32,000 nucleotides of DNA. It comes from Methanopyrus kandleri AV19 (GTDB lineage: Archaea; JAADCQ01; Methanopyri; Methanopyrales; Methanopyraceae). Under the pieces are notes generated by a model, which searched no databases, was not told the DNA's origin, and saw nothing but the letters and a program-made list of their open reading frames with translations. How positions within the stretch are numbered: the first letter of the stretch is position 1; every line of letters begins with the position of its first letter. Below are positions 17,762-28,774 of the stretch, in pieces. The position numbers were made by a program, and so were the translations under genes. The stretch lies in the NCBI RefSeq assembly GCF_000007185.1, contig NC_003551.1, positions 1,590,001-1,622,000 of the forward strand. Direction: 5' to 3'.

Positions 17762-18199
17762 GCTGATCCTTTTCCCCGCAGCCCCTATCGTTACAGTTAT
17801 CGTAACGAATTCTGTACTCAGTTAGGTGGCTCTCGCCGTTGCGCCCGACGGTATCTTGGTACCCCCGAACATTTGTGCGACTGGCAATTCGGAGTAAGCC
17901 GATGAAGGAGGGACTGAAATCTGAAGTCGCGCGGACCGCGTCCCCACGTTACCATTACGTTTCCGATCCACCACACGCTACCGGGGATGCGCTAGGGTTC
18001 TCTAACGATCGTTGTACGGTGTACGGTCTCGAGACGGTGATACGATAACCATCCCTATCCAGACATTTGAGAACTCCTCGATGCGACCCTGCACGGATAG
18101 TACGGCGGTACAGCACGGACCGGACCGTCATATAGCCGCCTCTCACTAGACCGTGCACCACCGTGCGGGTAAGCACGCTGTCCTAAGGGGGTCGTCGCC

Positions 18200-20462
<2,263 letters not shown>

Positions 20463-20483
20463 TTAAAGGTTGTGCGAGGGCGG

Positions 20484-21053
20484 TTACTCGGACTCCTCCG
20501 TCTCCTCCGTTTCAGACGCCTTGCGCTCCAGTTCCTCGACCCGTTCGGCCAGGTTTTCCGCCAGCTCTTCTAGCTTGTCTCGGAACACCTCGTAGAACCC
20601 TGTAGCGGCCTTGATCAGAAGTAGTCCACCGAAGCCGATACCGACCAGCAGTACGAGGAGACTCAGTACGGCTCCGGCTCCTGGTACGGAGACCATCAGC
20701 GGGGACAGTAGGACGGCCACTACGAGGACTATTGCCGCCAGTACCAGGTTGTACGTGGCTGTACGGAGATCCTCCTCTCGACGGCCCAGCAGTACCATCG
20801 ATACGAGATCGGCGGCAGGAGTGATCATCGGTTTCACGTGCTTTAGCACGCCGTAAGCGAAGTATAGTGCCAGTACCACACCCACGGCGGTGAGCACCAT
20901 GTTCACTGGCACGCCGATACCGGGTATCATCGTCCCGAGCGACGCCAGTGGGGGCACCACCAGCTGGATTACCAATATCACAACGATCAGGCCGATCGCG
21001 TTGAGTGTGGCCGAAACTAGGTGCTCACGGACGGCATCCGCGAGTTCACCCAA
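20484..21053 (-). CDS. hypothetical integral membrane protein with acidic coiled-coil tail
   Basis: 189 aa, about 4 hydrophobic spans, then FRDKLEELAENLAERVEELERKASETEETEESE. An AT-rich TATA-like box (TTTATTAT on the minus strand, ~21088-21096) sits inside an 8-bp inverted repeat, GCCTGAAA (21079-86) / TTTCAGGC (21103-10), upstream. Confidence 0.65.
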   Translation of the reverse strand: MGELADAVREHLVSATLNAIGLIVVILVIQLVVPPLASLGTMIPGIGVPVNMVLTAVGVVLALYFAYGVLKHVKPMITPAADLVSMVLLGRREEDLRTATYNLVLAAIVLVVAVLLSPLMVSVPGAGAVLSLLVLLVGIGFGGLLLIKAATGFYEVFRDKLEELAENLAERVEELERKASETEETEESE

Positions 21054-21105
21054 CTCCTTCCACCCCTAAGGGTACGGGGCCTGAAAGATAATAAATGGGT
21101 CGATT

Positions 21106-21819
21106 TCAGGCGAGCGCCTCGGCCAGTTTCCGGACTAGGTGGCTGCGGATCGCCCCACGGTTACGATCACCGCGCTCACAGGCTGCTCCCCGAACCCCCA
21201 CTATGTCCGCTCCGAGGTCGCGTACGATGGGCATGTCTTCGTGCCGCAGGGACCCGGCGAGCGCCACTTCGAGTCCGTGCTCGTGAGCTGAATCGACGAA
21301 CTCTCCTACCTCTTCCTCGCTCAAGAAGTCGAACAATCGCTTACCGTCCTTTACCGCCGTGTCCACCATCGCCACATCGCACTCAGCTTCGGCTGCTACC
21401 TCCGGGACGGACATGGGGTCTAGGCTCCCGACTCGATGGGCGTCCGCGTAGCCGGCCGCAACTACGCGCGTGTCGTACCCGAACTCACGAACCGCTCGGG
21501 AGCAAGCCCGCATGACTTCCAGCGCTTCTTCTTCGGTCTTGGTTCCGTAGAGCCCTACCTTCGCGTAGTCCACGCCCACGGCGGCTACACCGAGCACGGC
21601 CTGAGCCACCGTACCCGGCTTGTAGGGAACGTCCCCGACGGTGGCGCTGACCTCGCGGTCCTCCGGGACTACTTCCATGATCTCACGTATCACCCATGGG
21701 AAGTTCGCACCTAGGGATCCTTCCTCGGGGTTCTTCACGTCGATGATGTGGGCTCCACCTTCCACGGCCTCTAGCGCCTCATCACGGTTTACAGGACTCA
21801 CAAGGAGCCTCGGTCGCAT
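21106..21819 (-). CDS. mfnB: (5-formylfuran-3-yl)methyl phosphate synthase (methanofuran biosynthesis, UPF0264/DUF556)
   Basis: MRPRLLVSPVNRDEALEAVEGGAHIIDVKNPEEGSLGANFPWVIREI matches the MfnB family N-terminus. The start is taken at ATG 21819 (RBS GGGGTGTGA), not the track start at 21894. Confidence 0.85.
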   Translation of the reverse strand: MRPRLLVSPVNRDEALEAVEGGAHIIDVKNPEEGSLGANFPWVIREIMEVVPEDREVSATVGDVPYKPGTVAQAVLGVAAVGVDYAKVGLYGTKTEEEALEVMRACSRAVREFGYDTRVVAAGYADAHRVGSLDPMSVPEVAAEAECDVAMVDTAVKDGKRLFDFLSEEEVGEFVDSAHEHGLEVALAGSLRHEDMPIVRDLGADIVGVRGAACERGDRNRGAIRSHLVRKLAEALA

Positions 21820-21914
21820 GGTCACACCCCAGCAACTTCGGAACCGGTTTACCGTAAATAGCTCCTTTGGGAGGGGTGTTGGCGCCGCGTTCAAGGTAGC
21901 CGGGGTCGGTTACC

Positions 21915-22466
21915 GTGAGGTCGCTCTCCGTGCTCATAACAGCACTGACGATACCCCTAGGAGTCGCGGGGCAGATCATGACGCCCGAAGAAGTATCCGA
22001 ACTGCCGTACAACCACCCGGTGATCGTGGACGTCGTAGCCGGACCGCCGGAAGCCGATTCGATCGAGGCGTACACCCGGATCGTATGGATGGACCCGATA
22101 ACCCATGAGCGTCATATCGAGGAAGAAGTCGAGGTGAGAACATCAAACACGCTACTGCTCAACGTGGTCGTCGCCTCCCCTCACCGCCCGGCCACTTGCA
22201 CACTCATGGTGTCCTTCGACGACCGGAGGGTCTTGGAGCGTACGGTGCGGTTGCAGGCTAACGGGATAGTTCAGGAATCCCTGGAGCTCGATGTCACGTC
22301 CGGTCGTCATACGCTGTCCGTCGAGGTGACGGATGGGGGCACCGAGGATATCGTTTCCTGCAACCTCCGTGTGGAACCGTCGGAGGGGAACGGAGGCGAG
22401 AATAACCAGGTTCATCCCTTTCAGGGGCTCGTGCTATGGCCTCGTCGTCGAAGGAGACGATGGTAA
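21915..22466 (+). CDS. secreted hypothetical protein with CARDB-like beta-sandwich domain
   Basis: 183 aa, GTG start, signal peptide MRSLSVLITALTIPLGVAG. LMVSFDDRRVLERTVRLQANGIVQESLELDVTSGRHTLSVEVTD...GENN resembles CARDB-type repeats. The stop overlaps the topA start (ATGGTAA, 22460-22466). Confidence 0.5.
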   Translation: MRSLSVLITALTIPLGVAGQIMTPEEVSELPYNHPVIVDVVAGPPEADSIEAYTRIVWMDPITHERHIEEEVEVRTSNTLLLNVVVASPHRPATCTLMVSFDDRRVLERTVRLQANGIVQESLELDVTSGRHTLSVEVTDGGTEDIVSCNLRVEPSEGNGGENNQVHPFQGLVLWPRRRRRRW

Positions 22467-24199
22467 TCATAGCCGAAAAGCCCAGTCTCGCGGGAACGAT
22501 CGCGGGGTTCCTTCGGGGGAGCTGGGACGGTAGGAAGCTGCTGGGGTTCGGTAGATACCGAGGTAGACGGTTCGCCATCACCAGCCTGTCGGGCCACGTC
22601 CTGGAGTGGTGGCCTAAAGACGATCCGGGGTTCAGGCACCCTGATTACTTCCCCGACCCGGGCGACTTCGAGTTGAGGCCTATCGACGGTAAAGAAAGGT
22701 TCCTGCGGGCCGTGGAACGTGTCGTGAAGCGCTATGCCGGCTGTCGAGCCGACAGGGTCATCGTAGCGACCGACAACGACGCGGAGGGAGAGCTGATCGG
22801 TTGGGAAGTACTTGTATGGTTGAAACGACAGGGTGGCCTCGACGATCCCGAGTGCGCTCGGCGGATGCGGTTCTCGGCGTACACCCGCGAGGACGTCCTC
22901 AGGGCGCTCGAGGGGGCACTCCGTGGTGAGAGGATCGACCCGAGCCTGGCTTACTCAGCGCTCGCACGCACGATCGCGGACTGGCTGTACGGGATACCGC
23001 TCACCCGTCGGCTGTCGCTCTGCAACGACGACATAGTCTCCGTCGGTCGAGTACAGACGCCCACACTCAAACTGGTCGTGGAGCGGGAGCGGGAACGCAG
23101 GAAGGCTCAGAAGAAGCGCAGATATTACTGGATACTCCAAGCCGAGACCCCGATCGGGGAACTTAGAACTGAAGAGAAGTTCAAAGATGGACGTCGGGCG
23201 AGGGAGCTCGCCTCCGAAATCGAATCGATAAGGGTCGTGGAAGTGCGGCGGGAGCGCCGGTCCGTAAGACCACCTACTCCGTTCAACCTGACTACCCTTC
23301 AACGGGCCGCCGGTAAGATCCTCCGGATATCGCCGAAGCGCACCCTCGATTTGGCTCAGCGCCTCTACGAGGAAGGGATGATCACGTACCCGAGAACCGC
23401 GACTAACCGGTACCCATCCACGTTCGACCACGAAGAACTTCTCCGCAAGCTGAGGAACGCTCACCCCGATGCCCTCCGGGATTTCCAGCGCACTGGTCGA
23501 AGGTCAGAGCCCGTCTCCGGTAAGGAGTACGACGGCGCCCATCCCCCGATCACCCCCACCGGTCGGCGGAAGTACATCCGCGGGAAACTGGCCTGGCGCC
23601 TGTACGATCTGATCGTCCGTCGATATCTGGCGACACTGTCCGAGGACGCCCTGGTAGTGAAGTGGCGGATCGTAGCCGAGCATCCAGGGACCGGGACGAG
23701 GTTCGTGATGGAAGGCACGGAAGTCGAGCGGGACGGGTGGTACTCGGTGTACCCGTGGGAGAAGCCCCGGGAAAGTACCATGCCCGACGTGTCCGAGGGA
23801 GACGAGCTACCGGCGAATGTAAACGCTTCCCGCCGTAGGAAACCCCTCCCTCGTCGGTACTCGCAGTCGCGGTTGGTGGCGAAAATGAAGAAGCTTGGAT
23901 TGGGTACCGAGTCCACACGGGCGGAGATCGTGAAGAAACTCTTTGACAGGGGTTACGTCAAGAGGGCAGGGTCGGGCGTGGCCCCTACGAAGAGAGGGGA
24001 GCGTCTGGTAGAGCTGCTCGAGGATCGGGTTCCGGAGCTCGTGAGCGTCGAACTCACCAGGCGCATTGAGCGCGAGATGGAGGAGATCTCGGAGTTACCG
24101 CCGAAGCGAGCCAGGGAACGATTGGAACGCGTAGCCCGGGAGATCCGCGAGACCGTGCGCAGGAACTCCAAGAAGTTGAAGTCAGCCAAGGTGGTCTGA
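22460..24199 (+). CDS. topA: type IA DNA topoisomerase (compact TopA/Topo III-like, no C-terminal zinc fingers)
   Basis: MVIIAEKPS (Toprim Glu), VATDNDAEGELIGWEV (DxDxEGE), GMITYPRTATN (catalytic Tyr), RVQTPTL. The start is taken at ATG 22460; the track ORF begins at 22436. Confidence 0.88.
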   Translation: MVIIAEKPSLAGTIAGFLRGSWDGRKLLGFGRYRGRRFAITSLSGHVLEWWPKDDPGFRHPDYFPDPGDFELRPIDGKERFLRAVERVVKRYAGCRADRVIVATDNDAEGELIGWEVLVWLKRQGGLDDPECARRMRFSAYTREDVLRALEGALRGERIDPSLAYSALARTIADWLYGIPLTRRLSLCNDDIVSVGRVQTPTLKLVVERERERRKAQKKRRYYWILQAETPIGELRTEEKFKDGRRARELASEIESIRVVEVRRERRSVRPPTPFNLTTLQRAAGKILRISPKRTLDLAQRLYEEGMITYPRTATNRYPSTFDHEELLRKLRNAHPDALRDFQRTGRRSEPVSGKEYDGAHPPITPTGRRKYIRGKLAWRLYDLIVRRYLATLSEDALVVKWRIVAEHPGTGTRFVMEGTEVERDGWYSVYPWEKPRESTMPDVSEGDELPANVNASRRRKPLPRRYSQSRLVAKMKKLGLGTESTRAEIVKKLFDRGYVKRAGSGVAPTKRGERLVELLEDRVPELVSVELTRRIEREMEEISELPPKRARERLERVAREIRETVRRNSKKLKSAKVV

Positions 24200-24639
24200 C
24201 TCCTACTCCGACCTCGCCCTTGTCACCACCGAAACAACACTCACATGAACCGACGCTTGACCTTGAGCTCTCACATTCTGGGCACGTTGTGATAGCGTGA
24301 TGACAGTATCTTATTCACACCTACAACGGTGCTCGTACCTTAACCTCATCTATTCAATCCGGCAATAATGTGACTATAAGCCACATTGTAGCTACTTTCA
24401 CCGATTCAACTTAGCCTCGCAGCTCCTCATTGGCCCGATCTTGAACTTTAGCATATCCGTTAATAGTCACTATCACCGCCGAGAATCATCTGATCACTTG
24501 ATCGGTCGAACGATGTATGAGGCTCGGGGACGATTTCAAAGATCACTGACCTTCATCACTCGCAAAATCACTCGAGATCCGAAGGCAAAAACACCCTATC
24601 TCCACTTAAAAGTGAGGCTTCTCAAGGGGTTGTGGGCAC

Positions 24640-25353
24640 ATGACCTCGACGGAAAAGGCCAGGATCCGAAGGATGGTGTGGGAAGAGCTCGAGGAGTCCG
24701 GCGAGGCCGCGCCCCCGTTCCCCGTCGAGGGCAGGATCCCGAACTTCAAGGGCGCCTTAGTAGCGGCTCGACGGCTCACTTCGACGCCCGAATACGAGGA
24801 AGCCGAAGTGGTGAAGGTAAATCCGGACTCACCCCAACGACCTGTACGTGAACGAGCGCTTCGCGACGGTAAGATCCTGATAATGCCGACACCGAGGCTC
24901 AAACGTGGCTTCCTCGTCGTGAAGAACCCTAAAGATCCTCGACGTGCCTCAACGATTAGGGGAGCTTTCCAGGAAGGGGAGCTAACGATGCCGGACGAAC
25001 TCCCCGCGGTCGACTTGGTAGTGGCCGGATCCGTGGCGGTAGCTCCGGACGGTGCCAGGGTTGGAAAAGGTGGCGGCTACTTCGACTTGGAGTGGGGGAT
25101 TTTGGCGCAATTGGATCTCGTAGATGAAGACACTCCCATACACACTACCGTTCACGATATCCAGGTACTTCCACCGGGAGAGATACCGATGGAAGAGCAC
25201 GACGTACCGGTAGACGTCATCCACACGCCGACGGGGACGACGGAGTGCGTTCGACGCTACGAGAAGCCCGGGGGTCTCTTGGAAGACCGCATCGACGAGA
25301 AAATTAGGGAGATAAGGTGGTTGCGGGAGTACGTTTCAGCCGGAAGCACGTAA
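24640..25353 (+). CDS. 5-formyltetrahydrofolate cyclo-ligase family protein
   Basis: 237 aa: KARIRRMVWEELEE...GRIPNFKGA...VKVNPDSPQRPVRERALRDGKILIMPTPRL...GKGGGYFDLEW fits COG0212/MTHFS-like proteins. TTAAAA box ~30 nt upstream. Confidence 0.75.
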   Translation: MTSTEKARIRRMVWEELEESGEAAPPFPVEGRIPNFKGALVAARRLTSTPEYEEAEVVKVNPDSPQRPVRERALRDGKILIMPTPRLKRGFLVVKNPKDPRRASTIRGAFQEGELTMPDELPAVDLVVAGSVAVAPDGARVGKGGGYFDLEWGILAQLDLVDEDTPIHTTVHDIQVLPPGEIPMEEHDVPVDVIHTPTGTTECVRRYEKPGGLLEDRIDEKIREIRWLREYVSAGST

Positions 25354-26472
25354 CGCGTCGGCAAGTTCGGCCAAGGCCTTCTCGAGTTCGTCCTCTCCGA
25401 TCACGAGCGGAGGTACTAGTCTGATCACGTCACCAGAGGTTACGTTCACGAGAGCTCCACGGTCCAGCATCTCCCGAGCCACGTCTTTCGCTCTTTCGTC
25501 GTCGCCGACCTCCACTCCCATCATCAGACCGCGACCTCGGACCTCTTCCACGACGTCCTCCGCCTCGGACAGTATTCTCATCGCTAGCTTCCCTTTCCGC
25601 TCCGCGGCCTCCGGAAGGTTCTCCTCGAGTACTGTGCTGACCGCCGCACATACCGCTGCGCAGGCCAGCGGATTACCACCGAAAGTGGACCCATGATCAC
25701 CGGGCTCGAACGCTTCGGCCACCTCCTCCCGCGCTATCGTCGCGCCTACTGGCACACCGCCTCCGAGCCCCTTGGCCAGACAGACGATGTCCGGCAGGAC
25801 GTCCTCGTGTTCGAACGCGAAGAACTGGCCGGTTCGTCCCATGCCGGACTGCACCTCATCGACGATCAGGAGCAGCCCGTGTTCGTCGCATAGCTCCCGT
25901 AGCTCTCGGAGGAATCCCTCTGGCGGTATCCTCACTCCCGCCTCACCTTGCACGGGTTCCACGATGACGGCGGCGGTATCGTCGTCGATAGCTTTCTCCA
26001 CAGCATTCACGTCGCCGTAAGGTACGTGCTCGAACTCCGGTACTAGCGGCTCGAACGGCTCACGGAATTCGGGCTTCCAGGTGGCCGATAGAGCCCCCAT
26101 CGTTCTGCCGTGGAAACCGCCTTCGAACGCGATGAACTTGGTGCAGCCGGTAAACTTGCGTGCCAGCTTTATCGCACACTCCACACTCTCCGTTCCGGAG
26201 TTACAGAAGAAGACCTTGTTCAAGTCCTTGGGAGCCGCTTCAGCCAAAAGCCTTGCAGCCTCCGCCTGCGGCTCGTTGTAGTAGAGGTTCGAGCAGTGGA
26301 TGAGCCGCTCTACCTGCTCCTTAACCGCCTCGACCACGGCCGGGTGACAGTGTCCGAGGACGTTGACGGCTATTCCCGCAACTAGGTCGATGTACTCGTT
26401 CCCCTCGTCGTCCCAGACCCTAGCACCCTCACCGGGGACCAGGGTAACCGGGAACCTCGAATACGTGTTCAT
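25336..26472 (-). CDS. argD: acetylornithine / LysW-lysine-type class III aminotransferase
   Basis: 378 aa: GEGARVWDDEGNEYIDLVAGIAVNVLGHCHP, GFHGRT, DEVQSGMGRTG, LAKGLGGG (PLP Lys). Confidence 0.92.
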   Translation of the reverse strand: MNTYSRFPVTLVPGEGARVWDDEGNEYIDLVAGIAVNVLGHCHPAVVEAVKEQVERLIHCSNLYYNEPQAEAARLLAEAAPKDLNKVFFCNSGTESVECAIKLARKFTGCTKFIAFEGGFHGRTMGALSATWKPEFREPFEPLVPEFEHVPYGDVNAVEKAIDDDTAAVIVEPVQGEAGVRIPPEGFLRELRELCDEHGLLLIVDEVQSGMGRTGQFFAFEHEDVLPDIVCLAKGLGGGVPVGATIAREEVAEAFEPGDHGSTFGGNPLACAAVCAAVSTVLEENLPEAAERKGKLAMRILSEAEDVVEEVRGRGLMMGVEVGDDERAKDVAREMLDRGALVNVTSGDVIRLVPPLVIGEDELEKALAELADALRASG

Positions 26473-26508
26473 GTGGTACTTATCAATGAGCTCACGTGCG
26501 TCCAGCGG

Positions 26509-27411
26509 TCACCCCCCCTCGGGCAATAATCCTAGCTTTTTGAGTTCCCTCCGAAGCAACTCCTTGGTGTCTTCGCGAGCTTCCTTAAGTGGTGGTCTAG
26601 GGGGACTCGAGGCCATTCCCACGAGCTCGACGGCGGCTTTCACGGGTATCGGGTTCGTCTCGGTGAACAGCGCCCGGTGTAGTGGTAAGAGCTCGTAATG
26701 GAGCTCTCGGGCACGCTCTACGTCGCCACTCTTCCACGCCTCGTACATTTCTACCATCAACTCGGGAGCTACGTTGGCCGTTACGGATATCACGCCGACG
26801 CCTCCGACGGCGAGGATCGGAAGCGTCAACTCATCGACTCCGGAGAGTAGGATGAAGTCGTCAGGAGTCTCTTCGATGAAGCGTTGGACCACGTCCAGGT
26901 CGCCACTAGCCTCTTTGACGCCGACGATGTGAGAATATTCCTCCGCGAGCTTGGCGGCCGTCTCCGGTTCCAACGCACAGCCCGTTCGTGACGGCACGTT
27001 GTAGAGGATAATAGGGCACTCGACGGCTTCCGCGATCTTAGAGAAGTGGATGAAAAGACCCTCTTGAGGTGGCTTGTTGTAGTAGGGAACCACGGAAAGG
27101 ATCGCGTCTGCCCCTACGTCTTCAGCGTACGTGGAGAGCTCGAGGGCCTCGCGCGTCGAGTTCGAACCCGCTCCGGCGATTACGGGCACCTTCCCGTTCA
27201 CCTCGTCAACGACGATCTCGATGACGCGTCGATGTTCTGCGTGACTCAGCGTGGACGATTCCCCGGTGGTCCCTGCGGGCACCACGCCGTGCACGCCGGC
27301 CTCGAGCAATCGTGAGACGTTCTCGCGGAGTCCCTCTTCATTGATCCCTTTCAGGTCGTCCGTAAAGGGAGTGATCAGGGCTGGGATGACGCCCTCAATC
27401 TGAAATCCCAA
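26509..27411 (-). CDS. dapA: 4-hydroxy-tetrahydrodipicolinate synthase
   Basis: 300 aa: GVIPALITPF, GTTGESSTLS, YYNKP, GVKEASGD (Schiff-base Lys). TTG start. Confidence 0.92.
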   Translation of the reverse strand: MGFQIEGVIPALITPFTDDLKGINEEGLRENVSRLLEAGVHGVVPAGTTGESSTLSHAEHRRVIEIVVDEVNGKVPVIAGAGSNSTREALELSTYAEDVGADAILSVVPYYNKPPQEGLFIHFSKIAEAVECPIILYNVPSRTGCALEPETAAKLAEEYSHIVGVKEASGDLDVVQRFIEETPDDFILLSGVDELTLPILAVGGVGVISVTANVAPELMVEMYEAWKSGDVERARELHYELLPLHRALFTETNPIPVKAAVELVGMASSPPRPPLKEAREDTKELLRRELKKLGLLPEGG

Positions 27412-27429
27412 CGGGTACGCCCCTCCCGG

Positions 27430-27642
27430 TCACTCTGTCCCTTCTTCCCTCTGACGCTCCTTGAGACGCATGAGGTGCGTGACGTAACCGGCGATCATGT
27501 TCCTGAGCTTTTTGGTCTTGGGTCTCGCGACGATCTCAACTACTTTCTTGTTGTGCTCGAAGTCGGTGGTGAGGTACTCCTCGTACTTCTCCACGATCTC
27601 ACGGGCCGGACGCTTCACGAACGTCGGTCGAACCTTACCCAT
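27430..27642 (-). CDS. rps17e: 30S ribosomal protein eS17
   Basis: 70 aa: MGKVRPTFVKRPAREIVEKYEEYLTTDFEHNKKVVEIV...KKLRNMIAGYVTHLM. Confidence 0.93.
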   Translation of the reverse strand: MGKVRPTFVKRPAREIVEKYEEYLTTDFEHNKKVVEIVARPKTKKLRNMIAGYVTHLMRLKERQREEGTE

Positions 27643-27943
27643 CCCCGATCACCCCCCGCTGGACTTCTTTGCTAACCTTTAGGATAGAAGCCAGCACGAT
27701 GTCCGCGAGCGCCGGATCCAGCCCCTCTGTTTTAAACCTCTTCCTCCACCTCTCCCGGAGCTCCTTCTCCCGCTCCTCGTCCGTCAGTGGTAACCCCTCC
27801 TGAGCCTTTACGCGCCCTATTTCCCGCGCCACCTTCAGGCGCTCGATGACTGCGTCCAGCAAACACTCATCGATGCGGTCTATTTCGCGCCTGAGCTCCT
27901 CGAGCACGTTCAGGCCCCACGGTTCTCGTTTCCAGTACCTCAC
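27635..27943 (-). CDS. chorismate mutase (AroQ class)
   Basis: LEELRREIDRIDECLLDAVIERLKVAREIGRVKAQEGLPLTDEEREKELRER is the AroQ helix pattern. Start uncertain: GTG 27943 or GTG 27907. The Arg-rich 5' part of track ORF 27635..28045 is the out-of-frame aroK 3' region. Confidence 0.8.
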   Translation of the reverse strand: MRYWKREPWGLNVLEELRREIDRIDECLLDAVIERLKVAREIGRVKAQEGLPLTDEEREKELRERWRKRFKTEGLDPALADIVLASILKVSKEVQRGVIGDG

Positions 27944-28727
27944 CTCTATCGGACCAAACTTCGGATACCTCTCTAACGTCCGACTTCGTCTCGCAGAGGG
28001 CGACGAACGCCGGCCCGGTTCCCGAAAGCCCCGCCGCCGCAGCACCTGCTTCTAAAGCTTCGACCACGGGTTCGAATTCGTGACCCAGGGCGGAGCAGTA
28101 CACCGCCGAGTTGATCAGCATTGCTCCCCGGTAATCCCCCGTCATCGCCCTCCGGAAAGCAGTCTCGGCGGCAGGAGCTAACAACTCGAGACGGTTCACA
28201 TCCACCTCCGAGGTTTCGACCTTACCTCCCGGGAGCAGGATCACCGCATAGGGGTACGGAAGCTCGCGGATATCCAGCACTCGGTGCTGATCGTTCAGCG
28301 TCAGCACTAAGCCACCTAAGTACGATGCACAGGCGTCGTCGTAGGCCCCTGTTACCGTCACACCAGCCCTGATGCTGGCCTCGACGCCGAGTCGGACGAC
28401 CTCGAAGGGTTCCGGCTCACGTCCTAGCTCTTTGAGCAGGGCTTCGACCACGGCGTTGGACACGGCACTGCTGCTGGCCAGCCCCATCGCAATCGGGATT
28501 TCGGAGTCGACCTCGATCTCGAAGTTCAGTTCCTGACCGACGTGTTCGCCGACGACCTCCACGCACCGTTCAACGAGTGACGTGTCCTCCACGTCCGTGT
28601 GAATCTCCGTGGAATCGGAAAGTTCCGCTCTGACTGAAACTGTTAGATCTAACGCGTAGGCACAACCTTTTTTGGCAGAGATAGCGTTGACAACGGTACC
28701 GGCGGCGTACGCTATTCCCTCCCCCAA
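27867..28727 (-). CDS. aroK: archaeal GHMP-kinase-type shikimate kinase
   Basis: 286 aa: GIAYAAGTVVNAISAKKGCAYALDL...IPIAMGLASSSAVSNAVV (GHMP motif II)...SGTGPAFVAL. TTG start with a GGGGTGA RBS. Confidence 0.85.
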   Translation of the reverse strand: MGEGIAYAAGTVVNAISAKKGCAYALDLTVSVRAELSDSTEIHTDVEDTSLVERCVEVVGEHVGQELNFEIEVDSEIPIAMGLASSSAVSNAVVEALLKELGREPEPFEVVRLGVEASIRAGVTVTGAYDDACASYLGGLVLTLNDQHRVLDIRELPYPYAVILLPGGKVETSEVDVNRLELLAPAAETAFRRAMTGDYRGAMLINSAVYCSALGHEFEPVVEALEAGAAAAGLSGTGPAFVALCETKSDVREVSEVWSDRGEVLETRTVGPERARGAQARNRPHR

Positions 28728-28774
28728 ACGTCTTCACCCCGGAAAACGCTGATCAGAGCCCGAGCGCGGGCCCG

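Noticed and set aside
17899-17924. Possible box C/D sRNA next to rpl7ae (CCGAUGA ... CUGA ... CUGA)
   Set aside because: The C-like box is followed by CUGA after only 8 nt and by a second CUGA 3 nt later. No C' box is present, no ~12-nt guide spacing, and no terminal stem. It does not fit archaeal C/D architecture.
17762-18199. RNase P RNA or SRP RNA in the gap after rpl7ae
   Set aside because: Neither strand contains the universal GAGGAAAGUCC (RNase P CR-I) or the GGAAG...AGCA helix-8 motifs of SRP RNA. G+C (about 55% by rough estimate) is also too low for a stable RNA of a hyperthermophile.
24290-24560. Box C/D sRNA candidates seeded on GUGAUGA (24296-24302, plus strand) and AGUGAUGA (minus strand, complement of 24553-24560)
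   Set aside because: No CUGA D box lies at a compatible distance, the D'/C' spacing would be ~38 nt, and there are no terminal stems.
24441-24851. 136-aa ORF starting in the low-GC island
   Set aside because: It runs out of frame into the 5-FTHF cyclo-ligase-family gene, where it turns Arg/Gly-rich. No RBS was identified, and the conserved downstream gene explains the open frame.
27867-28045. Shikimate kinase-chorismate mutase fusion by ribosomal frameshifting
   Set aside because: Joining the frames would need a +1 shift with no recognisable shift site. In-frame GTG starts for the mutase exist at 27943 and 27907, so a simple gene overlap is the more economical reading.
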